This document shows positions 1 through 10,508 of a stretch of 44,607 bases of DNA, piece by piece. Numbering within the stretch: position 1 is the stretch's first letter; the number at the start of each line of letters is the position of its first letter. Both the position numbers and the translations under genes were made by a program. The notes below the pieces were generated by a model that was not told the origin of the DNA, ran no database searches, and was given only the letters and a program-made list of their open reading frames with translations. The DNA is from Saprolegnia diclina VS20. Lineage: Eukaryota. The stretch lies in contig NW_008246099.1 of NCBI RefSeq assembly GCF_000281045.1, positions 430,372-474,978 on the forward strand, given 5' to 3'.

Positions 1-1009
1 GAGCCGCCCAAGCCGGCGGCGCCGTGGAAGCGGAAGGATCGCGTAGCGCCGGTTGCAGACACTGACGCGACGCTGCACGATGTCCTGGCGCACTACGCAG
101 CTCGCTTGCCGCACGACGCCAGGTCCCTCGTCGTTTCTGGACGGCAATGTACAAACTCGGTGTGGTAGGTCCTCCGAAAGCCGCGTCGATTCGCTCTGCA
201 CGCAGTTTGTACAGCCACAAAACGGTGGACTCCCACCGCAGCTCAGCACGGCGCTCGCATTGGAGTTGGCCACGACGGTCTGCGCACGAGGTAGCGACTC
301 GGTGTCTCATGGGCGTGCGTAGATGTTGCGAAGAGCGCTTCCCGCGTCCTCGCCACTCGCCGATGTCGTGACACAGACACTGCTCCACGCCGTGTACAAA
401 GACTACGACCCGCAGAAAGACCTGCTCGACAACTGTCGGTTCGCCGATGCGGACCTGCCCGCGCTAGATGAGGACGCGGCGCCCGAAGTCGACGACGACG
501 CCAATGCATGTACAAAGCCAACGTCGGCGGTCGACTACGGCGCGCTCGCCAAGCTCTGGAACGACCTCGTGGCAGGCGATCGCGGTGGTGACGCTGGCGT
601 CGCATGTCTCGTAAGCTGTATTCAAACGCTACCCGACGCTCACCAGCGCAACATCGTCGAGCGCGTCGCTGCCGAGCTGCGCCCCGTCGCCCCCGACCCG
701 TGTGTCGAGCGGGACGAGACGACGCTGAGGATACGAGCCGACCAAGAAAACGGTGATGACGACGGCGACGAGGAAGACGACGAAGTGTTCTTTGAGCAGT
801 TGGTACACGACCTGCGCGAGATCTACAACCTCTTGGACGCCTACGACCCCCGTGCCCAGCGCAGTGCGCGCTACAAGCTCCACGTACTTTTATCGGGTAC
901 GCTTGGCCTTCCGCCCGACGAGCGCGGCCAACCAGACGCGCGGGAACGCATGGCGCAGATCGTCGGCGACCTCGACGCGGAGACGCGTGCGCGCTTGCTC
1001 TTATTGTAA
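1..1009 (+). CDS. Hypothetical protein, 5'-truncated by the window edge; probable introns about 123-168 and 278-322
   Basis: Frame 1 is open from base 1 (EPPKPAAPWKRKDR...). GT..AG introns of 46 and 45 nt join it in frame to SSESRVDSLC... and to the 228-aa ORF 323-1009 ending TAA. Coding-like codon usage; no recognised domain. Confidence 0.6.
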
Positions 1010-1042
1010 TAGCTCCTATTTATTATTACGACGCCAATTCCA

Positions 1043-2542
1043 CTATGGTGCCATCTTCTTGCGAGGTTGGTCCGTGGCGTCCTGGAGCTTTCGCTTGCCT
1101 TTGCCGCGCTTGGACTCGGCGAGCTCGGCCGTGCAACGGACACACGTGCACGTAAAGTTGTAGCGGGAGCGGAGGTCGGCTTGGCGCGCACCCACTGGTG
1201 CGTGGCGCTCGATGTACGAGATGGTGAGCTCGTCGCCAGGAGCAACGTCCTGCGTCGTGAAGACCGTGATGTCCGTCTCGTTGACGTACGTGAAGCCGCA
1301 GTTGGGCGCGCACGAGTGGTTGAGCATCGAAAAGCGGGGGAAGAGTGCGGTCCCATCCATGGACGGGAACGCCGACGAATTGAACTCAATGTCGCAGCTG
1401 TCGTCCGCCGTGGACCACACAAAATGAATGTCCTCGTCTTCGTCGTCCGAGCCATTGCCGTCGTCGTTTGACGTTGCTCGCTTCCGGTCGTCCGTGGCGT
1501 CCGTGGCGTCTGTCGCATCCGTCGCGTTGTCCGAAGCGTCATCGGACTCGTCCTCTGATTCGTCGTCTTCCGATGACTCGACTTCCGAGTCGCACTCGTC
1601 TGCGTCCCCCATGTGACACAGCTTCTGGAGCACGCGCTCCAGCAGCGGCGCGGCTTGGGCGACCAGGTCCGCCTTTGCAGCGGGATCGCCCTCGCACGAG
1701 AGAAAGTAGGGCACAATGGGCGACGGGACATCGACACCAACAGCGTTGACCTTGGCCCGCCCGAGGAGCCCCACGAAAAAGTTCAAGTCGACGTGGGCTT
1801 GGAACACAGCAAAGACTTTGGACTTGGAAGAGAACGCACGCAGCACGTACGCATGCGCGGCTGACGCGACGTCCGCGTCGATCATCTTGGCAAGCAAGGG
1901 ACACTCTTCGAGGTGCAAAATATCGTGGACGGCGGCTTCCCAGTCGAGAGTGCCCGACGACCGCGCTTGTACGTAGAGTCGGTAGTAGATACGCGCGAGG
2001 ATGGCTGTGACGAGAGAGAGGTGCTTGAGCTCTGCGTTGTGTGTTTGGAAAGGCTCGCTCCGCTGGAAGGTCGAAGAAAAGACGTTCGTAGGCTGCGCAT
2101 GTAGAATGTCGCCACAGAGCTTCGAGCAGACGACGCTCGGCAGCTTATCACCCTTGAACTTGGTCAAGTAGACTGGTGTCGACGCGGGTGGCATGTTGGG
2201 CAGATTTGGCTGCGCGGTCATGGCCTGAACCGACGCTGGCAACGGTTGCACACAGCGCTCGTCACTGCACATGCCCGAGAGAAGCTGGAAGCTACCGGCA
2301 AGGTAATGCAGCTGCAATGGCACTGAGCCAACGAAGCGCTTGCAGACGCAGCAGACAAGCGGCGGCGTGGTCTCGGTCTCGTCGTCGCTGTCGTCGTCGC
2401 TGTCGACTTCGTGGGCTGATGCGACCGAGATGGGCGAATCTTTGAGCACGACTTGGTTGGCTGGCAGCGCAGCCTTCGCGTAGACACCGCGGCCACGCGT
2501 CGCATCGTGGCGGACCTCGACTTCGGCGGACCCGAGCTCCAT
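1043..2542 (-). CDS. SET-domain (SMYD-like) lysine methyltransferase with an acidic insert
   Basis: N-SET GRGVYAKAAL, Cys cluster CCVCKRF, ALFPRFSMLNHSCAPN, GDELTISYI, post-SET FTCTCVRC; D/E-rich insert. Start placed at MELGS (2542). Confidence 0.85.
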   Translation of the reverse strand: MELGSAEVEVRHDATRGRGVYAKAALPANQVVLKDSPISVASAHEVDSDDDSDDETETTPPLVCCVCKRFVGSVPLQLHYLAGSFQLLSGMCSDERCVQPLPASVQAMTAQPNLPNMPPASTPVYLTKFKGDKLPSVVCSKLCGDILHAQPTNVFSSTFQRSEPFQTHNAELKHLSLVTAILARIYYRLYVQARSSGTLDWEAAVHDILHLEECPLLAKMIDADVASAAHAYVLRAFSSKSKVFAVFQAHVDLNFFVGLLGRAKVNAVGVDVPSPIVPYFLSCEGDPAAKADLVAQAAPLLERVLQKLCHMGDADECDSEVESSEDDESEDESDDASDNATDATDATDATDDRKRATSNDDGNGSDDEDEDIHFVWSTADDSCDIEFNSSAFPSMDGTALFPRFSMLNHSCAPNCGFTYVNETDITVFTTQDVAPGDELTISYIERHAPVGARQADLRSRYNFTCTCVRCTAELAESKRGKGKRKLQDATDQPRKKMAP

Positions 2543-2663
2543 GGATGGCTGATTGGCAGAAACCGGGTGCGCACTTCGAAGGTATACGGATGCGTATACG
2601 GATCGAATCTGAAACATGCAGCTTCGGACTTCGGGTGAGTCGCTTCATTTTGAGAAATCCACG

Positions 2664-3987
2664 ATGGCCGCCAAGATGCCCCCGATCCGCCACCTCGCGT
2701 CCGCGAGCTTCCGCCAGTGGATCGATGGCCTCGACGCCTTCCTCTTCGACTGCGACGGCGGTACGTACATCGCCTGTCTAGCGCATCGAGCGAACGGAAG
2801 CTGTAGTCCTCTGGCGCGGCAGCGCGGCCATTGAAGGCGCCAAGGAAGCCATCCAGCTTCTCCGGTCGCTCGGCAAGAAGGTCGTCTTCGTGGTATGTAC
2901 TGCCTCGGCGAAGGTAGCATTTCTTTATAATCGCTGCGTAGACCAACAACTCGACCAAGTCCCGCGACACCTATGTTGACAAGCTCGGTACGCTCGAGAC
3001 TTTGAGCCTGGCTCACAGCACGTCTAGCCGGTCAGGGCATTTCGGCCACCGTCGGCGACATTGTAACGTACGTCGTTCCACTGCGCGAGTTCTGTAGCTC
3101 ACGTACTAACTAGGTCGGCGTCGGCGTGCGCGGCGTACCTGCGCAAGCACGACGTGCAAGGCAAGGTCTATGTCGTTGGCGAGGTGCGTGCATCGTCATG
3201 GGATACGATCGAGTGCGATGAATTCCTAATTGTAGGCGGGCTTGGCAGCTGAAGTCTCGGCCCAAGGCTTTGAGAACTTTGGTTTGGAGCACAATGGCAA
3301 GACCGAGGTCCCGACGCCGTTCGCGGTGGACCCTGCCGTCGGTGCCGTCGTAATTGGCCTCGACCGGTATCTTGTCCGCGTGTCTTGATCTACTGAATTG
3401 AGCGAACGTCTGTAGTGCCATCTCGTACTACAAGCTGTCGTACGCTGCCGTCTCGATCCTCACCAACCCTGGCTGCAAGTTCTTTGCGACCAACACGTAC
3501 GCCAACCGCGTGATCGGCATCCGAGTCTAATGTATGGAGATAGAGACCCGACGTTCCCAGTCGATGGCGCCGTGCTGCCGGGTGGCGGGACTTGCGTTGC
3601 GGCCTTGGCCACGGCCGTTGGCCGGTACACCACCTTCGTTTTTATTCACAAGATGCAACGGATCCATCTAGTGCGCCTGACGCCGTGATCGGCAAGCCGT
3701 CGCAAGCGCTTCTGCAAACGATCTTGTCGACGCACAACCTCGATCCCGCGCGCACGTGCATGGTATGACGCGATCAATTGGGCGCTTGGTACGAGATGAA
3801 CCAATAGGTTGGCGACCGCCTCAACACGGACATTGAGTTTGGTCGGCTCGGCGGCCTTCGCACGCTCCTCGTCTTGACGGGTGTCACCGCGCCGAGTGAG
3901 ATCGAGTACATTGAAAACGAGGCGCAGCGCCCCGACTTCTTCGTCGAGTCGATTGACGTGCTCAACCAGCTGGCCAAGAAGGAGTAA
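2664..3987 (+). CDS. HAD-superfamily IIA phosphoglycolate / 4-nitrophenyl phosphatase, about 10 exons
   Basis: Spliced model gives FLFDCDGVLWRG (motif I), VFVTNNS (II), VIGKPS (III) and MVGDRLNTDIEFG (IV). Nine GT-AG introns of about 40-55 nt, e.g. 2761-2806, 2893-2941, 2988-3027. Confidence 0.9.
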
Positions 3988-4004
3988 ATCGCCGCAAAAC
4001 GTCT

Positions 4005-5666
4005 TTAGTTTGTACTCGGTTTCTTTAGTTGCGGAATCGCGGCACTAGCCTTGTTGATAAACGAAGCAAAGAGCGACGGCTTGGGCGGGGCGTCGGCGGC
4101 CACGGGCTTGGGCGGCGCTTTGGCTGACGTCTTCTGCGCTTTCGGAGGCTTGGGCTTCTGGGCTTTTTTCTCCACTGGAACCTTGGCGAGTTTTTGCCAC
4201 ACAGCCTTCTTGGGTCCATTTGTAGCGTGCGCCGATGCAGCCGCATCGTCATCCCGAGGCACCGGAAGGCGCACTGGTGCAGCGTCAGTCTTGCTGCGGC
4301 TCATAAACGAGGCGAAGAGTGACGTCTTGGTGGACGTGGCATCCACGCCACGCGACGGCACCTCGTACTTGGTCGCGACCTTCGGCTTGAGGTTGCGGAC
4401 TGGTGATGGAATGGCGTCTTCTGCAGCTGTATCGACCGCCTTGCGCTTCTTCGACGGCTTCTTGTCCTCGCTGGCCTTGGCCTTCTTTTGGGTTTTCTTG
4501 GCTGGTGCGGCGGCGCTGGTCTTTGCCTTCTTGGTTTTTTTGCTTGCCTCGACATCGTCGCCAGCCGGCACTGTGTCGGTAGTTACCGCTTTACGTTTCT
4601 TCACCTTGAGCTCGGTAGGGTGGGCTGCAGACGACGCTGGCGAGAGCGGTCCGACCTTCTCGGCCATCTTCTTTGCGAGACGGTCAAAAAAGCTGCTCGG
4701 CTTGTCCATCGGCGAGAGGACCTTCGCTACAGGTGCAGACTCCTTCAACTTGCGCTGCTTTGTTGGGACATTCTTGAGCGGGGAGACAACGTCATCGTCA
4801 TCCACACTCTCGTCGAGTACTGTCAGGGCCTTCTTGCCCTTGCTCGCCTTCTTTGCAGGCACATCGCGTTTGGACGCGTTTGGAGACAAGGCTTCGGGCA
4901 GCGCCTTCTTCCTTGCCTTCTTTGGCCCATCGTTCGTCGGTGCAACCGCGTCAGCCAACGGTGCCCTGGACGTCTTTGTTGTCTTCTTTCGGCCCTTCGA
5001 CGACTTTATCGAGGCGACAGGCTCGCGAGCAGGACTGGGTGGCGGGCTGTATTGGCGATACGGGTCATCGTTGTCATCCCAGTCGGCGCCACCGCCAAAG
5101 TCCACCTCGGGCTCGTTGTCGACTGGCATCGGCACGGGCTGCTGGGGCGCAACAGCCTTGGATTTTGTTGCCGTCTTTGCACTTTGTTCGGCATGCTTGG
5201 CTGCTTCAGCCTGCTGCACGTCGCGCAGTCGCTGGCGCGCAGCTTCTTCGGCTGCGCGCTTTGCTTCTTGATCGGCGGTGCGCTTTGCTTCCTGGTCGGC
5301 TGCGCGCTTTGCTTCCTGGTCGGTTGTGCGCTTTGCTTCTTGGTCGGCTAAGCGTCGGGCCTCGATCTGACGGTGACGCTCGGCAGCCTCTTCTCGCTCT
5401 TGAAGTTCTCTTTGTTTACTGGCGTTGTTCTCGGCCTTTTCATCAAGCTTTGCAGCGAGAAAGACGGCGTTCGTTCGGACGGTATCGGCTTGCCGTGCCC
5501 GTACTGCGCGAAGACGCGCTTCCAATGCCAAACAGTGCAGATCGAAGGCCCTGCGCTCGCATCGCGCGTCGAAGACGAGCCGCTACATCGTCGCATCAGC
5601 TTGACCACCCGAGAGATGGGCCACATGTACCTCGGCCCGTCCGATCTCAACCGCCGCGCTGCTCAT
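4005..5666 (-). CDS. Lys/Ala/Pro-rich low-complexity hypothetical protein with N-terminal coiled coil
   Basis: 508-aa ORF plus a short first exon (MSSAAVEIGRAE, ATG 5666) joined through a GTACAT..GTAG intron to RLVFDARCERR. Multiple basic clusters resembling NLSs. Confidence 0.7.
5254..5348 (-). repeat. Coding minisatellite, about 4 x 24 bp (DQEAKRxx)
   Basis: Four units of the type gcgctttgcttc(c/t)tg(g/a)tcgg on the + strand, translating to DQEAKRTT/DQEAKRAA/DQEAKRTA/DQEAKRAA on the minus strand. Confidence 0.85.
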
Positions 5667-5782
5667 CCAGTCTCCGCTCAAAAGCCTCGTTTAACCGGAT
5701 TTTCTGGCTCTTCCGACTAGGTCCGAAAGCGAACTTAACTGAAGGAGGTCGCTCGAGTTTGGATCTTCACAGCCGCTTCACG

Positions 5783-6673
5783 ATGGGCACCGTCGAGTCC
5801 AAGGCGACGCTTGTGCCGCCCTTTGAGCGCATGTCCGAATGTACATATGTCCTCGTATCGTAATATATGAAAGGTGATAATGGGCTAGGGAACCTCACGC
5901 GGGTCGAGAAGCTGCTCAGCGACTACTTGGCGAAAGACTTGGACTTTGGGCTCGACTATCACGGATTGAGTTTGCTCCTGGATGGCGACAAGGAGTGGAG
6001 CGAGCGCATCATCAAGGCTTTTGGCAGCCAAAATGGCTTGTACGACTGTGCTTTGTTGTAGAAGCGGAACATACGTGCGCGTAGAATCAACGTGCTTTCG
6101 TTCATCACTGGCGCCTGCCTCGTCGTGAGCGCGACGCCCGAAGAGAAAGCTGCGCGTAGACTGCAAGTTGTACGCCACAGAAGACTCACGACTGTGACAC
6201 CTTAGTCTGCTTCAAGGCCTTTGACTTTAGCGGCACGGGCTCCATCTCAATGGACGAGACGGTACGCCCTTGTGGACCTCGTCACCTCACCAACTGACAT
6301 AGACAATTCTCTTTCTCTGTGCGCTGCGTGGGTACAGCGTCATGCTGGGACTCGGCGCAACGCCCGCCGACGACGCCATGGAGGCGTGCGCGCTTGAAGT
6401 CTTTAAACTCGTATCTTGCGGCATGGCGACGGTGGGCTCACATGCTTCGTGTAGTGTGAAAAGGACAACTACAGCAAAATCACCAAAGATGATTTTTTGC
6501 TGTGGGCGACCAAGAAAGTAGCCGTCGACCATGCCAATGGTCTTTCCAGCGACAACATTCTCGGTGCCTTTGGCCTTGGGCCATCTCCAGCAACTGGCAA
6601 GACAGTCGCGGCCTCTCCTCGAGACGCCGACCGCACTGAAGTCAGCACACCGACAAGTACGAGTGCCGAGTAA
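5783..6673 (+). CDS. N-myristoylated EF-hand Ca2+-sensor-like protein (NCS / calcineurin-B-like), about 6 exons
   Basis: Starts MGTVES (MGxxxS myristoylation consensus). Spliced model gives TPEEKAALCFKAFDFSGTGSISMDE (EF-hand) and a degenerate EKDNYSKITKDDF; stop TAA 6671-6673. Confidence 0.7.
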
Positions 6674-6905
6674 GGCGAACAGAGTACCAGCATGCGCGCC
6701 TACAAATTTCCAGCGAATCAACTGGAATCTGATGTGATGGAAATGAATGGGCAAAAGATTGCGCCAACTCGGTGCATATCGTCGCATCCGTTGTCTATTG
6801 AAGCTAATGCATCGTACGGTATGTTGAAGCAGGGCTAACAAGCTTGAGCGAGGACCCGTTGTCATCGACGCCCTTCGTGTCACCGACAATCCGCGGCGGG
6901 ACGTC

Positions 6906-7705
6906 TTAAGTGTCGGCTGATTTCGGGCGGGCAACAATGTAGTACGTTGTACCGAAGTGAAAACGGTGTATGGTCTCGATGTGGAGGCCCGCATCGGCCA
7001 CGATCTGCAGGATGTCCCGATTCCAGAGACAGCCCCAGCGCTCGGCGTGCTTGGCGGCAAACTTGTCGAGGACGTACGAGAGCCAATCGTAGTGGCTGCG
7101 CCCGTGCTCGAGGAGCAGGATCTTCCCGCCATTTTTCTTGCACACGCGCTGCATCTCGGCTAGCATGACGTCGGGGTGGTCGACGCTGCACAGTGCAAAC
7201 GTGTCGATCACCGTGTCGAAAGAGTCGGTCGGCAAGTTCAAGGCCTCTGCGCTCATGACAGCAGTCTTCATGTTGGCGCGAAGGTTTGAGCGCTCAATTT
7301 GAGCGAGCATGCTAGCGCTAAGATCGGTAAGTAGCACGTCAGCCTCTGGCGCGTAGTAGGGCAGGTTGCGGCCCGTGCCAGCCGCCACCTCCAGGATGGA
7401 CCCTTGAGCATGCTTCAGGAGGAAGCGCCGCATGAGACCAATGCCAGCCATGGTTTCGTCCGTGCCAATCTCTACGTCAACATACACGCGTCGGTGAGCC
7501 GAGGAAGGCAAAAGGTACACAGAAGCAGCAACCCACCTTGATCGTACTGGGCCGAGTTGCGGTCGAAACGAGCTTGGCGCTCAGCGTCTGAGATGTGATT
7601 TTCCATGTCCTTGCTCGGGTCATACATGTACACGTACGCGGCGAGCACGCCGGCGCCATAGACCGTAAGACCTCCTGCCGCCAAAGCTGCCTTCTTGAGC
7701 GCCAT
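6906..7705 (-). CDS. Class I SAM-dependent methyltransferase, OMS1/METTL7-like, with N-terminal hydrophobic anchor; 1 intron
   Basis: ILEVAAGTGRNL (motif I), FDTVIDTFALCSV, GGKILLLEHGRS, RFHFGTTY. Exon 1 (MALKK...AQYDQ) splices in frame to EIGTDE. Confidence 0.85.
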
Positions 7706-8460
7706 GATGTGGCTGTCCGGATATGCTCGATTGGATTACGCAGTCGCCCATGAAAGTTCAAAATCACCCAATTCGTCCTCTCCTGGACTGCTCTGCGTCA
7801 GCAGACCGTCGAGTGTCGAGGCTCATGCAACGACGCACGCGTACTCGTCCATTATATATCAGCAACTTTGAAGTCGTTCTGTGGGAAGCAGCCTCACGGT
7901 GCTGTTTTCGAATGACTCAGCGTCTCAACCAACCAGCGTGCAAATGAGGTACCACACATCCTGTACGCGACTGTGTACCGTTCTTGTCATCGGATGAGTG
8001 TCGACGAGTCGACTACAGTGCGTATATATGTATAGCTTGTGGCAGCTCGTTGAGGCTCGCTGTAGCTCGCAGGAGAACGACTCGAATATTGTTGTCTGGA
8101 TGATCTGCGCGCCAAGGTTGCGTGTGTTTAACGTACTGCGGACCGCGACGTTTTGGAGGGAACGCCTCCGAGTGGCTCACGAGAGGCGACGTCCCACTCT
8201 CACGCCAAATTGGGTATTTTGTGCCTAACTAGGACAAAATATGCGAACCGCCGGTTTGAGTGGTGTGTGTGGTGAAACCACTGCGGCCATCGCAACTTGA
8301 TTCCCTCTTTCTTTGAATAAGATTCGCTCTTCTCAGGCGTATTTTATTGGCCAGCTGTACTGTGTAAACTCATATCCCGTACAAACCCATATTTCTATTC
8401 CGATTGGCGCAGCCGTTTGCTCGGCAAGGATCGCCTGGGCCATTTATCTTTTTGAGCAAC

Positions 8461-10170
8461 ATGAAGTATCTGGCAGTCACGGGCGGCACGGTCTCGGGCC
8501 TCGGGAAGGGCATCACGATCTCCAGCATCGGCGTCGTCCTCAAGGCCTGCGGCCTCCGCGTCACCTCGGTCAAGATCGACCCGTACCTTAACTGCGACGC
8601 TGGCACTATGAGCCCCTTTGAGCACGGCGAAGTCTTTGTCCTTGACGACGGCGGCGAAGGCGATCTCGATCTTGGCAACTATGAGCGCTTCCTCAACATC
8701 ACGCTCACCAAGGACCACAACATCACGACGGGCAAGGTCTACAGCCAGGTCATCCGCCAAGAGCGCCGCGGCGACTACCTCGGCAAGACGGTCCAAGTCG
8801 TGCCGCACGTCACGGACGCGATCCAGTCGTGGATCGAGCGCGTCGCGCAGATCCCGGTCGAAGGCGACGACAAGCCCGCGGACGTGTGCCTCATCGAAGT
8901 CGGCGGCACAGTCGGCGATATCGAGTCGATGGTGTTCCTCGAGGCCCTCCGCCAGTTCCAGTTCCGCGTCGGCGTCGAAAACTTTTGCCTCGTGCACGTC
9001 TCGCTTGTGCCTGTCATGGGCACGGTCGGCGAGCAAAAGACTAAGCCAACGCAGCATGCGATCAAGGAGCTTCGCAGCGCGGGCCTCACGCCGGACGTCA
9101 TTATTTGCCGCGCGTCGTCGCAGCTCGAGCCCGCAACGAAGGCCAAGATTGGCATGTTTTGCCAGGTCTCGCAGAACCACGTGCTCAGCGTCCATGACGT
9201 GAGCAACATCTACCACGTACCGTTGCTCCTCGCCAAGCAGGGTGCTGCGTCGATCTTGCTCTCGAAGCTCCAGATGATGCACAAGTTTGCTGAGCCGGAT
9301 CTCGCTGCGTGGTCGGCCATGGCGCACCGCGTCGACAACTACGACAAGCTTGTCAAGATCGCGCTTGTCGGCAAGTACACGGGTCTCCAAGACTCGTACT
9401 TGAGCGTCATCAAGGCCCTCAAGCACGCGTCGATGCGCTGCAACCACGACCTCGAGATCGAGTGGATCGAGTCGGTCGACCTCGATACGGTCTCCAAGGT
9501 CTCGGAACCCGAGAAGTATGCAGCTGCGTGGGCCAAGCTCAAGTCGTGCCAGGGTATCGTCGTTCCCGGCGGTTTCGGCGACCGCGGCGTCGATGGCAAG
9601 GTTGTCACGGCGCAATACGCCCGCGAAAACAAGATTCCGTACCTCGGTATCTGCCTCGGCTTCCAGGTCGCGACCATCGAGTACGCGCGCAACGTGCTCG
9701 GCTGGAAGAACGCCAACTCAGGCGAGTTTGACGAGTTCACGGACAAGAAGGTCGTCGTGTTCATGCCGGAAATCAACCCGAACGAGATGGGTGGTACGAT
9801 GCGCTGTGGTGCCCGGTCGACCGCGCTCGAGACGCCCAAGTCGGGCAAGCGCTCGCTCGCGTCGTACTTGTACCAGAACAAGCCCGAGATCCTCGAGCGC
9901 CACCGCCACCGGTACGAGATCAACCCCGACTTTGTCGCCGACCTCGAAGGCGCTGGTCTTCAGTACGTTGGCCGCGGCGACAAGGGTCTCCGCATGCAGA
10001 TCGCCGAACTCGATCGCGATGTGCACCCGTTCTACTTTGGCACGCAGTATCACCCCGAATTCAAGACGCACCCGAACGACCCGAGCCCGCCGTTCTATGG
10101 TCTCCTCCTCGCGGCCACGGGCGGCCTCGACGCGTACATGAAGGATTGCGACAAGCGCTTCGCTGCCTAA
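8461..10170 (+). CDS. pyrG: CTP synthase (glutamine-hydrolysing), intronless
   Basis: [49 protein letters not shown] (catalytic Cys), [14 protein letters not shown]. Confidence 0.98.
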   Translation: MKYLAVTGGTVSGLGKGITISSIGVVLKACGLRVTSVKIDPYLNCDAGTMSPFEHGEVFVLDDGGEGDLDLGNYERFLNITLTKDHNITTGKVYSQVIRQERRGDYLGKTVQVVPHVTDAIQSWIERVAQIPVEGDDKPADVCLIEVGGTVGDIESMVFLEALRQFQFRVGVENFCLVHVSLVPVMGTVGEQKTKPTQHAIKELRSAGLTPDVIICRASSQLEPATKAKIGMFCQVSQNHVLSVHDVSNIYHVPLLLAKQGAASILLSKLQMMHKFAEPDLAAWSAMAHRVDNYDKLVKIALVGKYTGLQDSYLSVIKALKHASMRCNHDLEIEWIESVDLDTVSKVSEPEKYAAAWAKLKSCQGIVVPGGFGDRGVDGKVVTAQYARENKIPYLGICLGFQVATIEYARNVLGWKNANSGEFDEFTDKKVVVFMPEINPNEMGGTMRCGARSTALETPKSGKRSLASYLYQNKPEILERHRHRYEINPDFVADLEGAGLQYVGRGDKGLRMQIAELDRDVHPFYFGTQYHPEFKTHPNDPSPPFYGLLLAATGGLDAYMKDCDKRFAA

Positions 10171-10508
10171 GTTAGAAGACTAGCGTAGACATACGATGAT
10201 GAACCATGGATATACACACCTACCCGTCCTCGATCCGTGTAGTAACCCACCATCTTAATTTATTCGATTATTTATCAGCCCGAATCCCTCTTATTTTTTA
10301 CAGCGAATCCGCTCGCCCCAAGCACCAAGCGCACGCATCTCGGCTTGTCACGAGCACCTTGGTGCAGGGCGTCATCCCGTCTTGTCGGACATTTGAGCCA
10401 AGATCTGGGCCCGAGAATGCATGTCATCGAGCTAGGTGACGTGGAACTAGCCAACGGCCTTTCGTACTTATCGGGATTCCATTTTGCGGAAGCCAATATC
10501 TTCCGACG

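Noticed and set aside
1491..1526. 9-bp repeats in the SET gene
   Set aside because: Simple coding expansion (DAT)n within the acidic insert.
2664..3987. Apparent frameshifts and stops suggesting pseudogenes or recoding (also in fhs, PEX12, EMC4)
   Set aside because: Explained by ordinary short GT-AG introns that restore conserved motifs in frame.
4051..5271. 406-aa hydrophobic + strand ORF resembling a membrane protein
   Set aside because: Reverse complement of the Lys/Ala-rich gene; AAG/AAA codons read as Leu/Phe.
5254..5348. Possible CRISPR-like array
   Set aside because: Contiguous 24-bp coding repeats without spacers, in a eukaryotic gene with no cas genes.
8395..9615. 406-aa minus-strand ORF opposite CTP synthase
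   Set aside because: Same codon-bias antisense artefact.
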